A stretch of DNA of 64,000 nt from a virus (IMGVR_UViG_3300028603_000025:34936-98935); one strand, 5' to 3'; shown: positions 40,611-51,483, counted from the stretch's first letter. Notes: a model not told the origin generated them from the sequence alone. Made by a program: numbers and translations.

Positions 40611-42419
40611 ATGAGTAAACAAATTTACCCCCGAGATTGGCATGAGAACGCAATCGAATTGGCAAAAGAAGGTATATCATGGCGCTCTATAAGTAAAGAA
40701 CTCGGAATTGCAAGGACTACCGTTTCAGATTATTTAAGAAAGGTTTTTTCCAATAATAAACCAAATCAAGAGTCAATCACTACCGTCAGAAAGAAAGATT
40801 CTGACAAGGAATATGATAATTCGAGGATACTGCTGATTAGCGATTTACATTGTCCGTTTCATCATCCTGACGCACTTTCTTTTCTTTCCTATTTAAAGGA
40901 TAAATATAATCCGACAAGAATTATTAATGGCGGTGATGAGTGCTTTCCCGGAGATGTCGAAATATTAACGGACATAGGATGGCAAAGAATAGACGATTAC
41001 GCTGAAAACTGGAATAACGGAATTGTTAATAAGGTATTACAAGTAAACGATGATTTAATCGGAGAAATGGTTATTCCAGAAAGAATCGTATTTAAGGAAA
41101 GTGTTCCGGAAATTTTACAATATAAAACCAAATCTTTAGTAAGTAGAACTACTCCAAAACACAACGTCGTCATACAAAATCCAAGAACCAAGAAACTTCA
41201 TAGACGAGAAGCATGGGACTTCGCGGGCACCACGAATTGGTATATTCCAAGACGCCTAAAAGGATTGATTGCGGATAAAAGAATTTCCTTAACGGACGAC
41301 GAAATCAGATTAATGGTGGCATTTCAGGCAGATGGTACTTTCACTAAAGGCGCGGCGAGATTCGCATTCACTAAGAAAAGAAAAGTAGAAAGGCTTCATA
41401 ATCTCTTAACCGAATGCAATGTTCAATATCATATGCACGAAATAGAACGTGGAGATGTCCAGTTTTATATCAATAAAGTAGATGTTCCGGAGTATTTCAC
41501 AAAGATATTCTCTGAAAGATTTAAATTAACTGATTTTTCTTTTGAACAGGCGAAAGTATTTTGTGATGAGCTTGTTCATTGGGATGGTACACCTATTGCT
41601 GGTGGTATAAGATATTCATCGTATGTAAAAGAAAATTTATCATTCGTGTCTAGTCTTGCTGTTCTTGGTGGCTATCTTAGTAGTCAAGAAAAAGATAAAT
41701 ACATCGACATAAGAAACAAAACGGAAAATTCTTCATTAAAATCAGCGAAGCCGGAAATCATTGAACACAATGCTCCAGTGTATTGCGTTACTGTCCCTAG
41801 TGGAATGATAATGACAAGACAATCAGGAACTGTTTCTATTTCTGGAAATTGTGATTCACATGCATTATCCTATCATGAACACGATCCTGATGGCTATTCT
41901 GCTGGTCATGAATTAATCGAGGCGAAGAGGGCTATCAAAGAACTGCATGACATGTTCCCGGAAATGACTCTTCTTGAGTCAAATCATGGAAGTCTGGTAT
42001 ATCGAAAAGCTAAAACGCATGGAATCCCAAAACATTATATTAAATCTTATAATGATGTGCTTGAGGTAGGAAGTGGATGGAAATGGGTATATGACTTAAC
42101 TATTACTTTACCAAATGGAGAAAAATGCTACCTCCATCATGGAAAAAATAATAATGGGTTAAGATTTGCTCAGACCATGGGGATGAATGTAGCACAATTC
42201 CATTACCACAACACGTTCAGGATTGAATATTTCGGCAATCCCAATGGGTTGTATTGGTCCATTCAGAATGGATGCCTGATACACGACGACTCATATGCTT
42301 TTGCCTACAATAATGTTAACATGCTCAGGCCGGTAATCGGAACAGGGGTGATCATTGATTCTCAACCAATTCTTGAGCCAATGATTCTGGATAAAACGGG
42401 GCGTTGGATTAAAAGATAA
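40611..42419 (+). CDS. HTH + calcineurin-like metallophosphoesterase containing an intein
   Basis: N-terminal HTH (GISWRSISKELGIARTTVSDYLR), ISDLH, GGDE|CD, SNH, HHG and FHYH. Confidence 0.9.
   Translation: MSKQIYPRDWHENAIELAKEGISWRSISKELGIARTTVSDYLRKVFSNNKPNQESITTVRKKDSDKEYDNSRILLISDLHCPFHHPDALSFLSYLKDKYNPTRIINGGDECFPGDVEILTDIGWQRIDDYAENWNNGIVNKVLQVNDDLIGEMVIPERIVFKESVPEILQYKTKSLVSRTTPKHNVVIQNPRTKKLHRREAWDFAGTTNWYIPRRLKGLIADKRISLTDDEIRLMVAFQADGTFTKGAARFAFTKKRKVERLHNLLTECNVQYHMHEIERGDVQFYINKVDVPEYFTKIFSERFKLTDFSFEQAKVFCDELVHWDGTPIAGGIRYSSYVKENLSFVSSLAVLGGYLSSQEKDKYIDIRNKTENSSLKSAKPEIIEHNAPVYCVTVPSGMIMTRQSGTVSISGNCDSHALSYHEHDPDGYSAGHELIEAKRAIKELHDMFPEMTLLESNHGSLVYRKAKTHGIPKHYIKSYNDVLEVGSGWKWVYDLTITLPNGEKCYLHHGKNNNGLRFAQTMGMNVAQFHYHNTFRIEYFGNPNGLYWSIQNGCLIHDDSYAFAYNNVNMLRPVIGTGVIIDSQPILEPMILDKTGRWIKR
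40941..41849 (+). mobile_element. LAGLIDADG intein (303 aa)
   Basis: CFPGDVEILTDIGW, TTPKHN, AFQADG, ELVHWDG, VYCVTVPSG and ISGN|C. Confidence 0.93.
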
Positions 42420-42436
42420 GATAGGACACAAAGTAT

Positions 42437-44416
42437 TTGGATAAGAATTTCATCAAAACCCTTTTTCTAAGGAAAGACGGTACGCCAAATCCATCAACTT
42501 TATCCGGAAAGAAAGGAAACGACGAGGTAAAGAGGGGACTGAAATTTCTACGTGATCTATACGGAGAGGACGTCCCTTATCCGGAAGCGTTCTATTTGTT
42601 CATGAATGACTTGGAGCGGCCTCTGTGTAGGATATGTAAAGTCAATCATGCTACCTTCTATTCGTACAAGAAAGGCCATAACGATATATGCAATGACAAA
42701 GACTGCATCGTAACTAAACGTAGACAAACCAACAAGGAAATATACGGAGTTGAGAATGCTGCGCAGGCCGATTCGGTTCGGGAAAAGATAAGCAAGAACC
42801 CACGCAAAGTAAGATTTGCTCCAGTTGACCAAGTATATGATATAAAAGACTGTTTATCAGTCACGGGAGACATGGTTCGCGGATTCCCGACCATGGAGAA
42901 GTACGCCGATATGCGTGCAAAATTAAAGTACAGACACGGAGACAAAACTGATTCGTTTTCGGAAATGCTATACTTTGAACTTACCGGAAACGGAATAGAG
43001 TATTGCGCCGGAGGATGTGGGTCCAGAAAAGAATTCCTGGGAATCAACAAAGGATATAGTCAACGGCTATGTATGTCGTGTGCCGCCAAGGAATGTGAAG
43101 GAAGGCGAGTAGATACTATGAAGGAAAGATACGGACCGAATTTCAAGCAAGTACACTATGAGAGGTGTAAACAGACTAATTTGCGACGGTATGGAAAAGA
43201 GAATGTTTTTCAGGTAGAAGAGTTCAAGTTAAAGTCAAGACAGACTATGAAGAAAAAATATGATGTTGAATATACCTCACAGTCTCAAGAATTGAGGACG
43301 AAGGCCGAGGATACCATCATGTCAAAACACGGGGTCCGCCATTACACCCAGTCGGCAGAATACAAATCCAGATTAAAGAGCATCCAGTATAAAACAATAG
43401 AAACTAATAGAAGTAGATATGGTGTAGATTGGTTCCATGTAAGTAGATTACCGGACGAAATCATAGTCGAAGAATATTTAGTCGGCAACAGTGCGATGGG
43501 GATATCTAAACGACTAAAGTGTTCTGTTCATTCAATATATCCGGTGTTGCGAAGAAACAACGTTTTTCGTAGACACAGAACCACGTTCATAGAAGAAAAA
43601 ATCGAGAATATTCTCGTCACCCATGGAATAAATTTAATCAAGAACGATAAAAAGATATTCTCTGGAAAAATGGAACTCGATTTCTACCTACCAGATCATC
43701 AGATTGCCATAGAGACAAACGGGCTATATTGGCATTCGATAATCGGAGGCAAAAAGGAAAAACGGTATCATCAGGAAAAATACTTAGCGTGTAGAGAAAA
43801 GGAAATCAAGTTATTTCAGTTATGGGAACCTGATATCGAAGATAGGATAGATATCATAGAAAGTATGATTCTGAATGCTACGAACAAAATAGATAAAAGA
43901 GTTTATGCCAGAAAGTGTGAAGTAATGATCCCATCTTTTCACGAATTCATGGAGTTTTTTGATGCGAATCATATCCAGGGCAAGTGTCCTCCAAATACCA
44001 AAGCATTTGGTTTATATTTGAACGGCGAAATGGTATCATGTATCGGTTATGTGGTGCAGAAAGACATGACCATCATGACTAGGTATTGTTCCAAGCTCAG
44101 GACGTCAGTGCCAGGAGGTTTCTCAAAACTTCTAAAAAGAGTGCCTGGAGATGTAATAAGAACCTATAGCTCAAATGATATAAGCTGGGGAGGAGTTTAT
44201 GAGAAGAATGGATTTAAGTTAATCAGATATAACACTCCGGATTTGTGGTTCACTGATTATCGCCAAATGTTCAATCGCCAAGCATTCACTAAAAAGGCTA
44301 TGAAAAGAAGATTTGGAGACATCGACGTAACTAAAACAGAATGGCAGATTGCATTTGAGAACGGATATGATAGAATATATAAATCAGGAACCGTTACTTG
44401 GGAGTTGAAAAGATAG
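42437..44416 (+). CDS. Hef-like free-standing homing endonuclease
   Basis: T...RYG...Q repeats, ELDFYLP..IAIETNGLYWHS, VYARKC, NHIQG, GGFSKLL and C-terminal SGTVTW; adjacent to gp23. Confidence 0.8.
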   Translation: MDKNFIKTLFLRKDGTPNPSTLSGKKGNDEVKRGLKFLRDLYGEDVPYPEAFYLFMNDLERPLCRICKVNHATFYSYKKGHNDICNDKDCIVTKRRQTNKEIYGVENAAQADSVREKISKNPRKVRFAPVDQVYDIKDCLSVTGDMVRGFPTMEKYADMRAKLKYRHGDKTDSFSEMLYFELTGNGIEYCAGGCGSRKEFLGINKGYSQRLCMSCAAKECEGRRVDTMKERYGPNFKQVHYERCKQTNLRRYGKENVFQVEEFKLKSRQTMKKKYDVEYTSQSQELRTKAEDTIMSKHGVRHYTQSAEYKSRLKSIQYKTIETNRSRYGVDWFHVSRLPDEIIVEEYLVGNSAMGISKRLKCSVHSIYPVLRRNNVFRRHRTTFIEEKIENILVTHGINLIKNDKKIFSGKMELDFYLPDHQIAIETNGLYWHSIIGGKKEKRYHQEKYLACREKEIKLFQLWEPDIEDRIDIIESMILNATNKIDKRVYARKCEVMIPSFHEFMEFFDANHIQGKCPPNTKAFGLYLNGEMVSCIGYVVQKDMTIMTRYCSKLRTSVPGGFSKLLKRVPGDVIRTYSSNDISWGGVYEKNGFKLIRYNTPDLWFTDYRQMFNRQAFTKKAMKRRFGDIDVTKTEWQIAFENGYDRIYKSGTVTWELKR

Positions 44417-44419
44417 AAT

Positions 44420-44444
44420 AAAAAAGGGGGGACCGAAGTCCCCC
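44420..44444 (-). terminator. gp23 terminator with cUUCGg tetraloop
   Basis: The minus strand reads gggggac-ttcg-gtcccccc-tttttt. Confidence 0.9.
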
Positions 44445-44488
44445 AGGTATGTTACAATGTAATTATTATTATTATTCAGGAGAAAGAA

Positions 44489-45802
44489 TTACATCAGGTT
44501 AAGAACGCGAGTTTTACGATAATAGAAGTTCCTATTGTTGGTCAGATTATCGCCGTCAGCACGTCCGGTGCTACCAACTACAAACGGGTTTTGGCTCAGT
44601 CCGTAACGGGTTTTAAATCCCATTTTAGGCTGCAAGGTATCTGGCGAAATAGCACGTACGAGATGCATCATGGTGTACGGGCAGTAGTACAATCCGCTAT
44701 CCCATGAGCTTTGGCCTTTATAACCAACTACGTAGAACTGACTATTTGCGCCGATATTAGCTGAATATGGATCAATGTAAACTTTGATTGAACCGATATT
44801 GCCAGCATAGGTGCTTGCTGTATCATCAACGTTCAGAGCAGGTTTTGGGTCCAGAACGCCGGTCATGGTCAATGCGCTTGCTACGTCAGAAGAACAAATC
44901 ATGACGTTACCGCGACCACGACGGGTTTCTTGAGCAATGTGGTTAGCATCACGTTGAATATTGAAGGCCATTCCTTTGAAACGTTCTACGCTCCAACGAC
45001 CGTTTGCATCTACGTCGAGGTTGAAAGTTCCGGGATTAGCTGTAGCAGCAGAGCCCCATTTAGCGACATTATAAATAGTTCTTACGATTTCGCGGTTAAT
45101 CTCAAACGTGATTTCCTGACTAAGAATCGTGGCCAGCAAATCATCAGCTTCCAGACCATGAACGCTCTTAAGGTCTTGAGCCAGTTCTAAAGTATATTCT
45201 GCTTTCAGTGCGCGGGTTTTTGCCTCAACAGACATCTTGTCGATAGTGAAAGACATTTGGCCCCATTGGTTACTGATAGCATCACCCAGCGCCTCGCCTT
45301 CCGCTGTAGTCATACCGTGGCCAGTAGTATAAGCACCATCTACAGGATTGGAACCAGCATGCGCACCGTTCAAGGGAGTTTGGTTGAAAGAGCCATCGAA
45401 TTTGCTTGAGCTGAAAGAAGTGTCTGCTTCGTTGAACAGGGCTTCTTTACGAGTCATTGCATTGGCACGTTCGCCGCCGTACAGGCTACGCAGACAAAAG
45501 ATAATGTCGGAGGGTCCGCGCATAGGTTGGACACCACATACATCGAAAGGCATCAGGTTAGGTAATGAACGACGAACCATGCCCAACATAATCGGTTCGT
45601 AACGGTCAATACCGCCAGTTGCCATGGAGTTATTGATTGGAGCTGCTTCAGCCAGAATTGCGCGGTCTGAGCCCATTTCTTTCATTTGGTTTTCCAGAAC
45701 CATAGCGGTCGTATATTTACGTGTAGCATCCTGCAGGTCAGGCATTCCATCCAGGTTCAGGATACCATCCCATTTTTCTAAAAGATTTTCTGCTTGGTAC
45801 AT
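44489..45802 (-). CDS. gp23: major capsid protein
   Basis: LENQ, MVRRSLPNL..DVCGVQPM.GP, EAKTRALKAEYTLELAQDLKSVHG, EINRE, GRWSVERFKG, YCPY and GFKTRYG. Confidence 0.98.
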   Translation of the reverse strand: MYQAENLLEKWDGILNLDGMPDLQDATRKYTTAMVLENQMKEMGSDRAILAEAAPINNSMATGGIDRYEPIMLGMVRRSLPNLMPFDVCGVQPMRGPSDIIFCLRSLYGGERANAMTRKEALFNEADTSFSSSKFDGSFNQTPLNGAHAGSNPVDGAYTTGHGMTTAEGEALGDAISNQWGQMSFTIDKMSVEAKTRALKAEYTLELAQDLKSVHGLEADDLLATILSQEITFEINREIVRTIYNVAKWGSAATANPGTFNLDVDANGRWSVERFKGMAFNIQRDANHIAQETRRGRGNVMICSSDVASALTMTGVLDPKPALNVDDTASTYAGNIGSIKVYIDPYSANIGANSQFYVVGYKGQSSWDSGLYYCPYTMMHLVRAISPDTLQPKMGFKTRYGLSQNPFVVGSTGRADGDNLTNNRNFYYRKTRVLNLM

Positions 45803-45827
45803 CTGTGAATCTCCTTATATTTTAAAG

Positions 45828-46946
45828 TTATTTCTTTCCAAAGCTTTTGGAAATTATTTTGGCATATTCATTAATATTCTCATTAATGTAATGAACACCA
45901 TTTCCGTAATCCAGTTCAATTGACGGTTTCTGAGTAGTGCCAGAAGCCGGTTTGAAATGAGATTCTTTGATGACGTTCAGTTTTTCGCGATACTTCTCTT
46001 CTGTCACAAAATCTATGCCATTAATTAACTTCGCGAATTTTTCTTTATCCAAAGCCGTCATTCCTTCGCAGACGTCTTCGATAATTTCTTTCTGATTTGA
46101 TTCGTGATTTCCTGCTTTGAGTTCAATGTTTTCGTTCAGGATATTATTCATTTCTGATTTCAGCTTGGCGTTTTCTTCAACCAGTTGGTCGATAACGTTT
46201 TGCTTACCTTCAGGAACTTCGATGTAGTGCTGCTCAAACAGGTCATGGAGTCCGGTAATGAAATCTGAGATAATGTTTTCACGTAAACCTGTTTCGATTG
46301 CAACAGCGTTTTTCGTCATGAATTCATCAGCCAGATAAGACATGTACTTGTTAATCTTCTCTTCAATAACCGAGAGTTCTTCTTCCAGTTTGCCGGTATA
46401 TTGTTCTTCCAAAGATTCGACGATTTCATCAGCGGCAAGATTAACTCTAGCAATGACTGCAGCTTCAAAGATGTTCGAGGCTTTATCTTTGATTTCTTCT
46501 TCTACTGATTCTCCGAAGATTGCTTTAATGTCGGTATCCAGTTCTTCTTTCGTAAATTTCTTCACTTGATAAGGAACTGAAGATTTTGAGTCACCTTGTT
46601 TAGGAAAGTCATCTGATTCGGCTTTCTGGGAAGGTTGAATAGAGTTATCTTTCTCAAGGGCTGATTGTGCGATGATTCCTGCGTCTTCATCGCCTTCTTT
46701 GGCCTGTTTAACTTCTTTCTTGGAATCGCCTTGTTTAGGAAAGTCATCTGCTTCAGCTTTTTGTGTGGCCTGAATAGAAGTATCTTTCTTGGTCAAGACG
46801 GAAGGTTTCTGGTTATATTCTCCAGTTTCCAGTTTTTCGATTTTTTCTTTTGAATTTCCTTGTTTAGGAAAGTCGGAATCTCCGGAATTGGAAACGGGAA
46901 CCGTTTTTTCTTCCAGAAGTTCTTGAATTTTTGATTGTAAACCCAT
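45828..46946 (-). CDS. gp22: prohead core scaffold protein
   Basis: KASNIFEAAV, NAVAIETGLR, FITGLHDLFEQHYIEVP and KLNVIKESHF; upstream of gp23. Confidence 0.92.
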   Translation of the reverse strand: MGLQSKIQELLEEKTVPVSNSGDSDFPKQGNSKEKIEKLETGEYNQKPSVLTKKDTSIQATQKAEADDFPKQGDSKKEVKQAKEGDEDAGIIAQSALEKDNSIQPSQKAESDDFPKQGDSKSSVPYQVKKFTKEELDTDIKAIFGESVEEEIKDKASNIFEAAVIARVNLAADEIVESLEEQYTGKLEEELSVIEEKINKYMSYLADEFMTKNAVAIETGLRENIISDFITGLHDLFEQHYIEVPEGKQNVIDQLVEENAKLKSEMNNILNENIELKAGNHESNQKEIIEDVCEGMTALDKEKFAKLINGIDFVTEEKYREKLNVIKESHFKPASGTTQKPSIELDYGNGVHYINENINEYAKIISKSFGKK

Positions 46947-46976
46947 GTAAATCTCCTAAGTATATCTTTCTATTAC

Positions 46977-46984
46977 TATTTATA
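46977..46984 (-). promoter_or_regulatory. T4-type late promoter
   Basis: TATAAATA upstream of gp22. Confidence 0.85.
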
Positions 46985-46997
46985 AAATGAATAATTT

Positions 46998-48490
46998 CTA
47001 TTGATTTTTAGATTTAAATGATGCGCGAAGTTGTTCCAGAGGGTTTCCGGATTTATGAAAAACTCCGGTGCTTCTTGATAAAAGGCTATTATGGATTCGT
47101 GGATTCGACGCCACACCAATTACATTATCTAATAGATGTTTAGCATTATCTTTATCAAAATGTTCATGATCCATGATTTTATCAATATGACCTAAATCTT
47201 TTTTATCATAGATATTAAGTGAATCAGCGTCTTTCTTGACAAATTTATCGAAATGTTCTTTTGGTAAATCTATATCTGGTTCTAATAACTTTCTTCGTCC
47301 ATCTTTGCCGTGTTTCTCTGATATTTCATCAAAATGAGATGGATGAAAATTTTGATGATTCGCAAATTTCGACCCCCCAAAAACAGAATGTGAATTCTGA
47401 ATAATTTTACTTATTACATCTTTGGTGATATTCGGATTTTTATGATTAAGGTTATCTATTGCATCTGGATGCGAATTCATAATTTTATCCATTGTTCCAC
47501 GTTTGATGTTTCTGTTGTAAGCTGCATGTAAATGCAAATCTTTATTTTCCTTGTGTTTGTCCAGTATTCTATTTACATCTTCGTCCGAAAATACTGAAGA
47601 ATTCGCAAGATATCTTGGGAATCTATGAATATGTTCTTCTGCTACATGTTTATCAAACGCCGGATGATTTAAAATATCAGGTGATATTTTTTGTTTATGA
47701 TCCGCTAGAAGACGATCTAATGCTTTTTACCATTACCTATAATGGTAGTTTTGGATGCATCGTTGTATACATTAGGATTTTTGTGATAAATCCCAGAATC
47801 ATTTGGCGGCATTTTATCGTTGATGAATTTATGAACTGTATGAGTAAATGCGTCAGATGGCGGACCATACGTCCTATTCTCTGGTCTAAGAACAGAATGT
47901 CCTGTTTCGTCGTCGGCAAACTTCTTCAAAGCTATTCTAGCAAGAGGATGTTCTAAATCCTTATCGTCTTTGTGATGAAGATAGGCAACATGGGTACCGT
48001 GTTTAACATCTTGTTTTAAATAATCCTTGTTACTTCCTGTTTCAAAGTTCATACACGATTCATTTTCCCAGCAGTGGCCTCCTGATGTCATCCCTGCTAC
48101 GTGGTGAGGATGTCTTGATATAGTTACTCTTAAGTCATTGCTCCCGATTCCTTTATTGCTTCTTGCAGGATCATTAGCAAATTTATTCTTCAGTTCATCT
48201 GGAGCTTTGGTTTTCTCTAGGGCTTTTCCTAGTTTAATTTCTCGACCGTGTTTATCTTCTCCGATACCAGATTTATAGTCTTTAATCTTAATACCGTGGG
48301 GAGCAAGATGATTTTTAATATCTTCAGAATGTCCTTCTGATTCTGGATGTTCTAAAGAAATAGTTTTTTCCGTATGAGTAGGATGGTCAAATAGATGGTC
48401 AGAAAAAGAATTATCCCCTTTCTTCCATCTATTGACTTTAGCCTTTTGAGCTTTATTGAGGATTTCTGTTAGTTCTAAAAAATTAATCAT
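46998..48490 (-). CDS. His-rich candidate internal head protein split by a -1 frameshift (ORFs 47717-48490 and 46998-47537)
   Basis: Paralog of 29252-30835; homology (KKAL...ILNHP.FD) continues in the -1 frame at the A5 run 47724-47728. Confidence 0.75.
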
Positions 48491-48497
48491 GAATATA

Positions 48498-49130
48498 TTA
48501 TTTGATATTAGAAAGTAATCGTTCGAATCTTTCCAAAATAATCAGGTTCTTTTCTTTCTTGGCTATCTGATCAAAGCTTTCTTCCAAGTCTACCGGAACC
48601 CATTCCCCATCGACAAATCTCCAGTCAACGCTTTCTGACAGCCCTTTCACATAGCAGTCAAATCCCGAAGGGTCTGATACTACATCTACCGTTGACATCA
48701 AGAATTCCTCAACGATATTACCCCGGTTCTTGTTTACCTTTCCCATTCCCCGACTGGATACCCCGGGTTTGTAATTCTCATCAATCAGAGTCTTCAATAT
48801 CTTTCCGTTTGGAGTATCGATTACTCTGGCCTTGCCGTATACGTCTGAACCATGAAACGACAGGCTTTCGATGATATGAGATACTTTATCCAGATTAACC
48901 GTGAAGCCTGGAGAATGATTCAGTTCCCCGACAGACCGGTTCTGTTTGATATATTCATCCCGGTACTTATCGACTGCACCTTCCAGAACCGATTTAGGGT
49001 ATACCCTTCCGTTTCTGTTCTTCCGGTCCCCAGAAAGAAATCTACCTTCAATGAAATAGTTCTTCTTTCCATCAACGCTTTCTGTTAAAATCTCTACGTC
49101 GTTTTGGTTTAATTCAAGTAGTAGTTGCAT
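48498..49130 (-). CDS. gp21: prohead protease
   Basis: IEGRFL...KNRNGRVYP, GELNH, VSH, TPNGKI, GVSSRG.G and DVVSDPS. Confidence 0.96.
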   Translation of the reverse strand: MQLLLELNQNDVEILTESVDGKKNYFIEGRFLSGDRKNRNGRVYPKSVLEGAVDKYRDEYIKQNRSVGELNHSPGFTVNLDKVSHIIESLSFHGSDVYGKARVIDTPNGKILKTLIDENYKPGVSSRGMGKVNKNRGNIVEEFLMSTVDVVSDPSGFDCYVKGLSESVDWRFVDGEWVPVDLEESFDQIAKKEKNLIILERFERLLSNIK

Positions 49131-49149
49131 GGTAGTATCCTTCCTGGTA

Positions 49150-49530
49150 TTAATCTTTATCCGGGGATTGTGATAAAGCGGCCTTCAGAACTTCTCTGTG
49201 CTTATCATGAATGTCATTATCGATTAAGGAAGCAACAGAGGTTAAAGGTCCCTTATCCTTTGTTTGAAAAATATGGTGATAGGATACTTGTCCGTTAGAA
49301 TGGTCATGAACCTGTGCACGGGTGGTTTGTCCGATACTGGTCTTTAACCCGGCTTCTTGCTGCACCAGTCTTTGTTTCTCGGGGTGTAAACCTTTCAGGA
49401 TATCAGCCTTGCCCTCGTTCTCGATATCGCCCTTTGATGCAGGACGTAATGATATCGTGTATCTTCCGTGCTGGAATTCTGAACCGGTCCGGAAATCTTC
49501 CCCGGTATGCATAGGATAATCGTTTCTCAC
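49150..49530 (-). CDS. hypothetical protein in the gp68 position
   Basis: His-rich ORF between the gp67-like gene and gp21. Confidence 0.55.
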   Translation of the reverse strand: MRNDYPMHTGEDFRTGSEFQHGRYTISLRPASKGDIENEGKADILKGLHPEKQRLVQQEAGLKTSIGQTTRAQVHDHSNGQVSYHHIFQTKDKGPLTSVASLIDNDIHDKHREVLKAALSQSPDKD

Positions 49531-49531
49531 T

Positions 49532-49711
49532 TTAGTCGTCCTGCGTCAGAATATTATTAGTTCCGCCTAAACTCTTGCCAATGGCTTTGCGAACTTCGTC
49601 TTTCTTCTCATCCATCTTGTCAGCTAACTGTTTATAGAACATAGTCTGAAACCATGTTTTTGCTTCGGATGCATCGCCAGCTCTAATTGCGTCTAAAAAA
49701 TCTCGTACCAT
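49532..49711 (-). CDS. gp67: prohead core protein gp67-like (59 aa, not in the ORF track)
   Basis: MVRDFLDAIRAGDASEAKTWF...KMDEKKDEVRK; AAGGAAG RBS; follows the portal gene. Confidence 0.75.
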   Translation of the reverse strand: MVRDFLDAIRAGDASEAKTWFQTMFYKQLADKMDEKKDEVRKAIGKSLGGTNNILTQDD

Positions 49712-49726
49712 GATTGTTCTTCCTTT

Positions 49727-51448
49727 TTAATCGTCGTCTTCGGTAAAATTACTTGTTTTCTTCCTTGTAGGAGGCTTAATTGACATAGCTAAAGCCTGTG
49801 CCTGTGTTGCCTTTACTCGTTCCTGGGGCGGCGGGGGCGACCATGCGCCTGCTGCCTGTGGAGATATAGACGAACAGTCTGGATCTCCTCCTTGGCCATC
49901 TTGTTCTTCAGGATTCATCTGATTCGCCTGATTCATGAACATCTGGTCATGTAACTGTTTCTCCATCTCCTCAGAATGGTCTTGCTCCATCTGTTTCCGC
50001 ATTTCTTCAACTTCTTCTTTATTCAATTTCAGAATCTTATCAAATACATATTCCTTGGAATAGAATACGCCCATGTACGGATATATATTATTCAGGAGAT
50101 CAAATCGGTTACGTAAAATCTCGGCTTCTTTTACTTCCAGGAAATACTGGTCCTGCTTATACTCATAATTTATATTTTCCTTGAGTTCTTCCCAGTCTTC
50201 CAGATTGATAATGTTCTTGGAAACAAGCTGGGTACGTAATAAGTCATCAAACAGGGAATTGAACTTTCTGCGCAGACGGTTGATGAACTTGGCAAAGGTA
50301 AGCTCATCGCGGGATACTTCCATCTGTCTTCCAAAGACCACGGATGATTCTTTGAATCTGGATACCGGAATCTGTAATGCACGATAAAGCTCGTCCTGAA
50401 TATTCTCGATATCGTTGGTGGAATCATCATTATGTGTTCCTTCCAGATTCTCTACCGAATGACCTTTTCCTTCTGAATCAACAGGAAACCAGTAGTCTTC
50501 CAGAATAGACATGAAATGTCGTTGGTCCTTTACTGTTCCTTCCGTGGAGTTATATACGATTTTATTCTTGTACTTTGAAATCACGGAACGCATATACTGG
50601 TCTGCCTTATTCTTTGACAGTCCAGAAACGTCAATCTTGAACATCCGTCTCATGGGAGCACGAACTATTCTGGATACGACCATTGCATCCTTAAGCATCG
50701 CCAGTTGATTAGCAGGCTTTAAAGCAGGATGAAGAAAAGACAGGTTCATGCCCCGGGCAATATCATGCAGTCCTGAACTTGCATAGGCAACAAACTCCTG
50801 GGGGAGACGAATGTCCCGGGAAGAAGATGCTGCAGAAACGTTATACATTGAATTGGTGGGAACAACTCCCATGTTGTTATAAACAAAGAAGTCTTCTGTT
50901 TTCTTGATGATTTCGATTCCGTCGTTGTTCTTTTCTTTATAGACCATCCGAACCTTACGGAACTTGCGCGGGTCGATAAAGACTAATTTTTCTATTCCGT
51001 CTTTATTCTCTCCCATGATGATTTGATAACCGCACTTCCCGGTAATATAGAACATCCGGAAGATATCGTGGGCACGTTCCTTAAAGTCAAGCAAATTAAG
51101 AATATACTTAAATTCTTCTTTGATTGAGTTCTTGAACTTATCAGAGTATTCTAAATCGGTTAAGTCGATTTCCACGGGGACTTCTGATGAAATAGTACTG
51201 ATGCTTTCTGATACTATTTCTTCGATGGCACGATTGACGTCAGGATATGTTGATATAGTAAGATACTTGTTAATCAGTTCAAACTCAGACGCAGCCGCGG
51301 TTTGGAAATCAAAGAACGAATTTGATATACCGGTGTCGGGAATAGTCAGCGCATCAGAATCAGACGGAACAACTACTTGTTTCCGCTTCAATCTGGTTGA
51401 GCGCTTATCAGGAAATAACGGATTGGTTGAATCGATAGTGGTTGTCAT
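49727..51448 (-). CDS. gp20: portal protein
   Basis: ELINKY, IDPRK, SFLHPALKPANQL, RIVRAPMRRMFKIDV, EDYWFP, LYRALQIP.SR and RDEL.F.KFI.RLR. Confidence 0.97.
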   Translation of the reverse strand: MTTTIDSTNPLFPDKRSTRLKRKQVVVPSDSDALTIPDTGISNSFFDFQTAAASEFELINKYLTISTYPDVNRAIEEIVSESISTISSEVPVEIDLTDLEYSDKFKNSIKEEFKYILNLLDFKERAHDIFRMFYITGKCGYQIIMGENKDGIEKLVFIDPRKFRKVRMVYKEKNNDGIEIIKKTEDFFVYNNMGVVPTNSMYNVSAASSSRDIRLPQEFVAYASSGLHDIARGMNLSFLHPALKPANQLAMLKDAMVVSRIVRAPMRRMFKIDVSGLSKNKADQYMRSVISKYKNKIVYNSTEGTVKDQRHFMSILEDYWFPVDSEGKGHSVENLEGTHNDDSTNDIENIQDELYRALQIPVSRFKESSVVFGRQMEVSRDELTFAKFINRLRRKFNSLFDDLLRTQLVSKNIINLEDWEELKENINYEYKQDQYFLEVKEAEILRNRFDLLNNIYPYMGVFYSKEYVFDKILKLNKEEVEEMRKQMEQDHSEEMEKQLHDQMFMNQANQMNPEEQDGQGGDPDCSSISPQAAGAWSPPPPQERVKATQAQALAMSIKPPTRKKTSNFTEDDD

Positions 51449-51483
51449 TAATAATTAATGGCGATATAATAAGGTATCATGAC

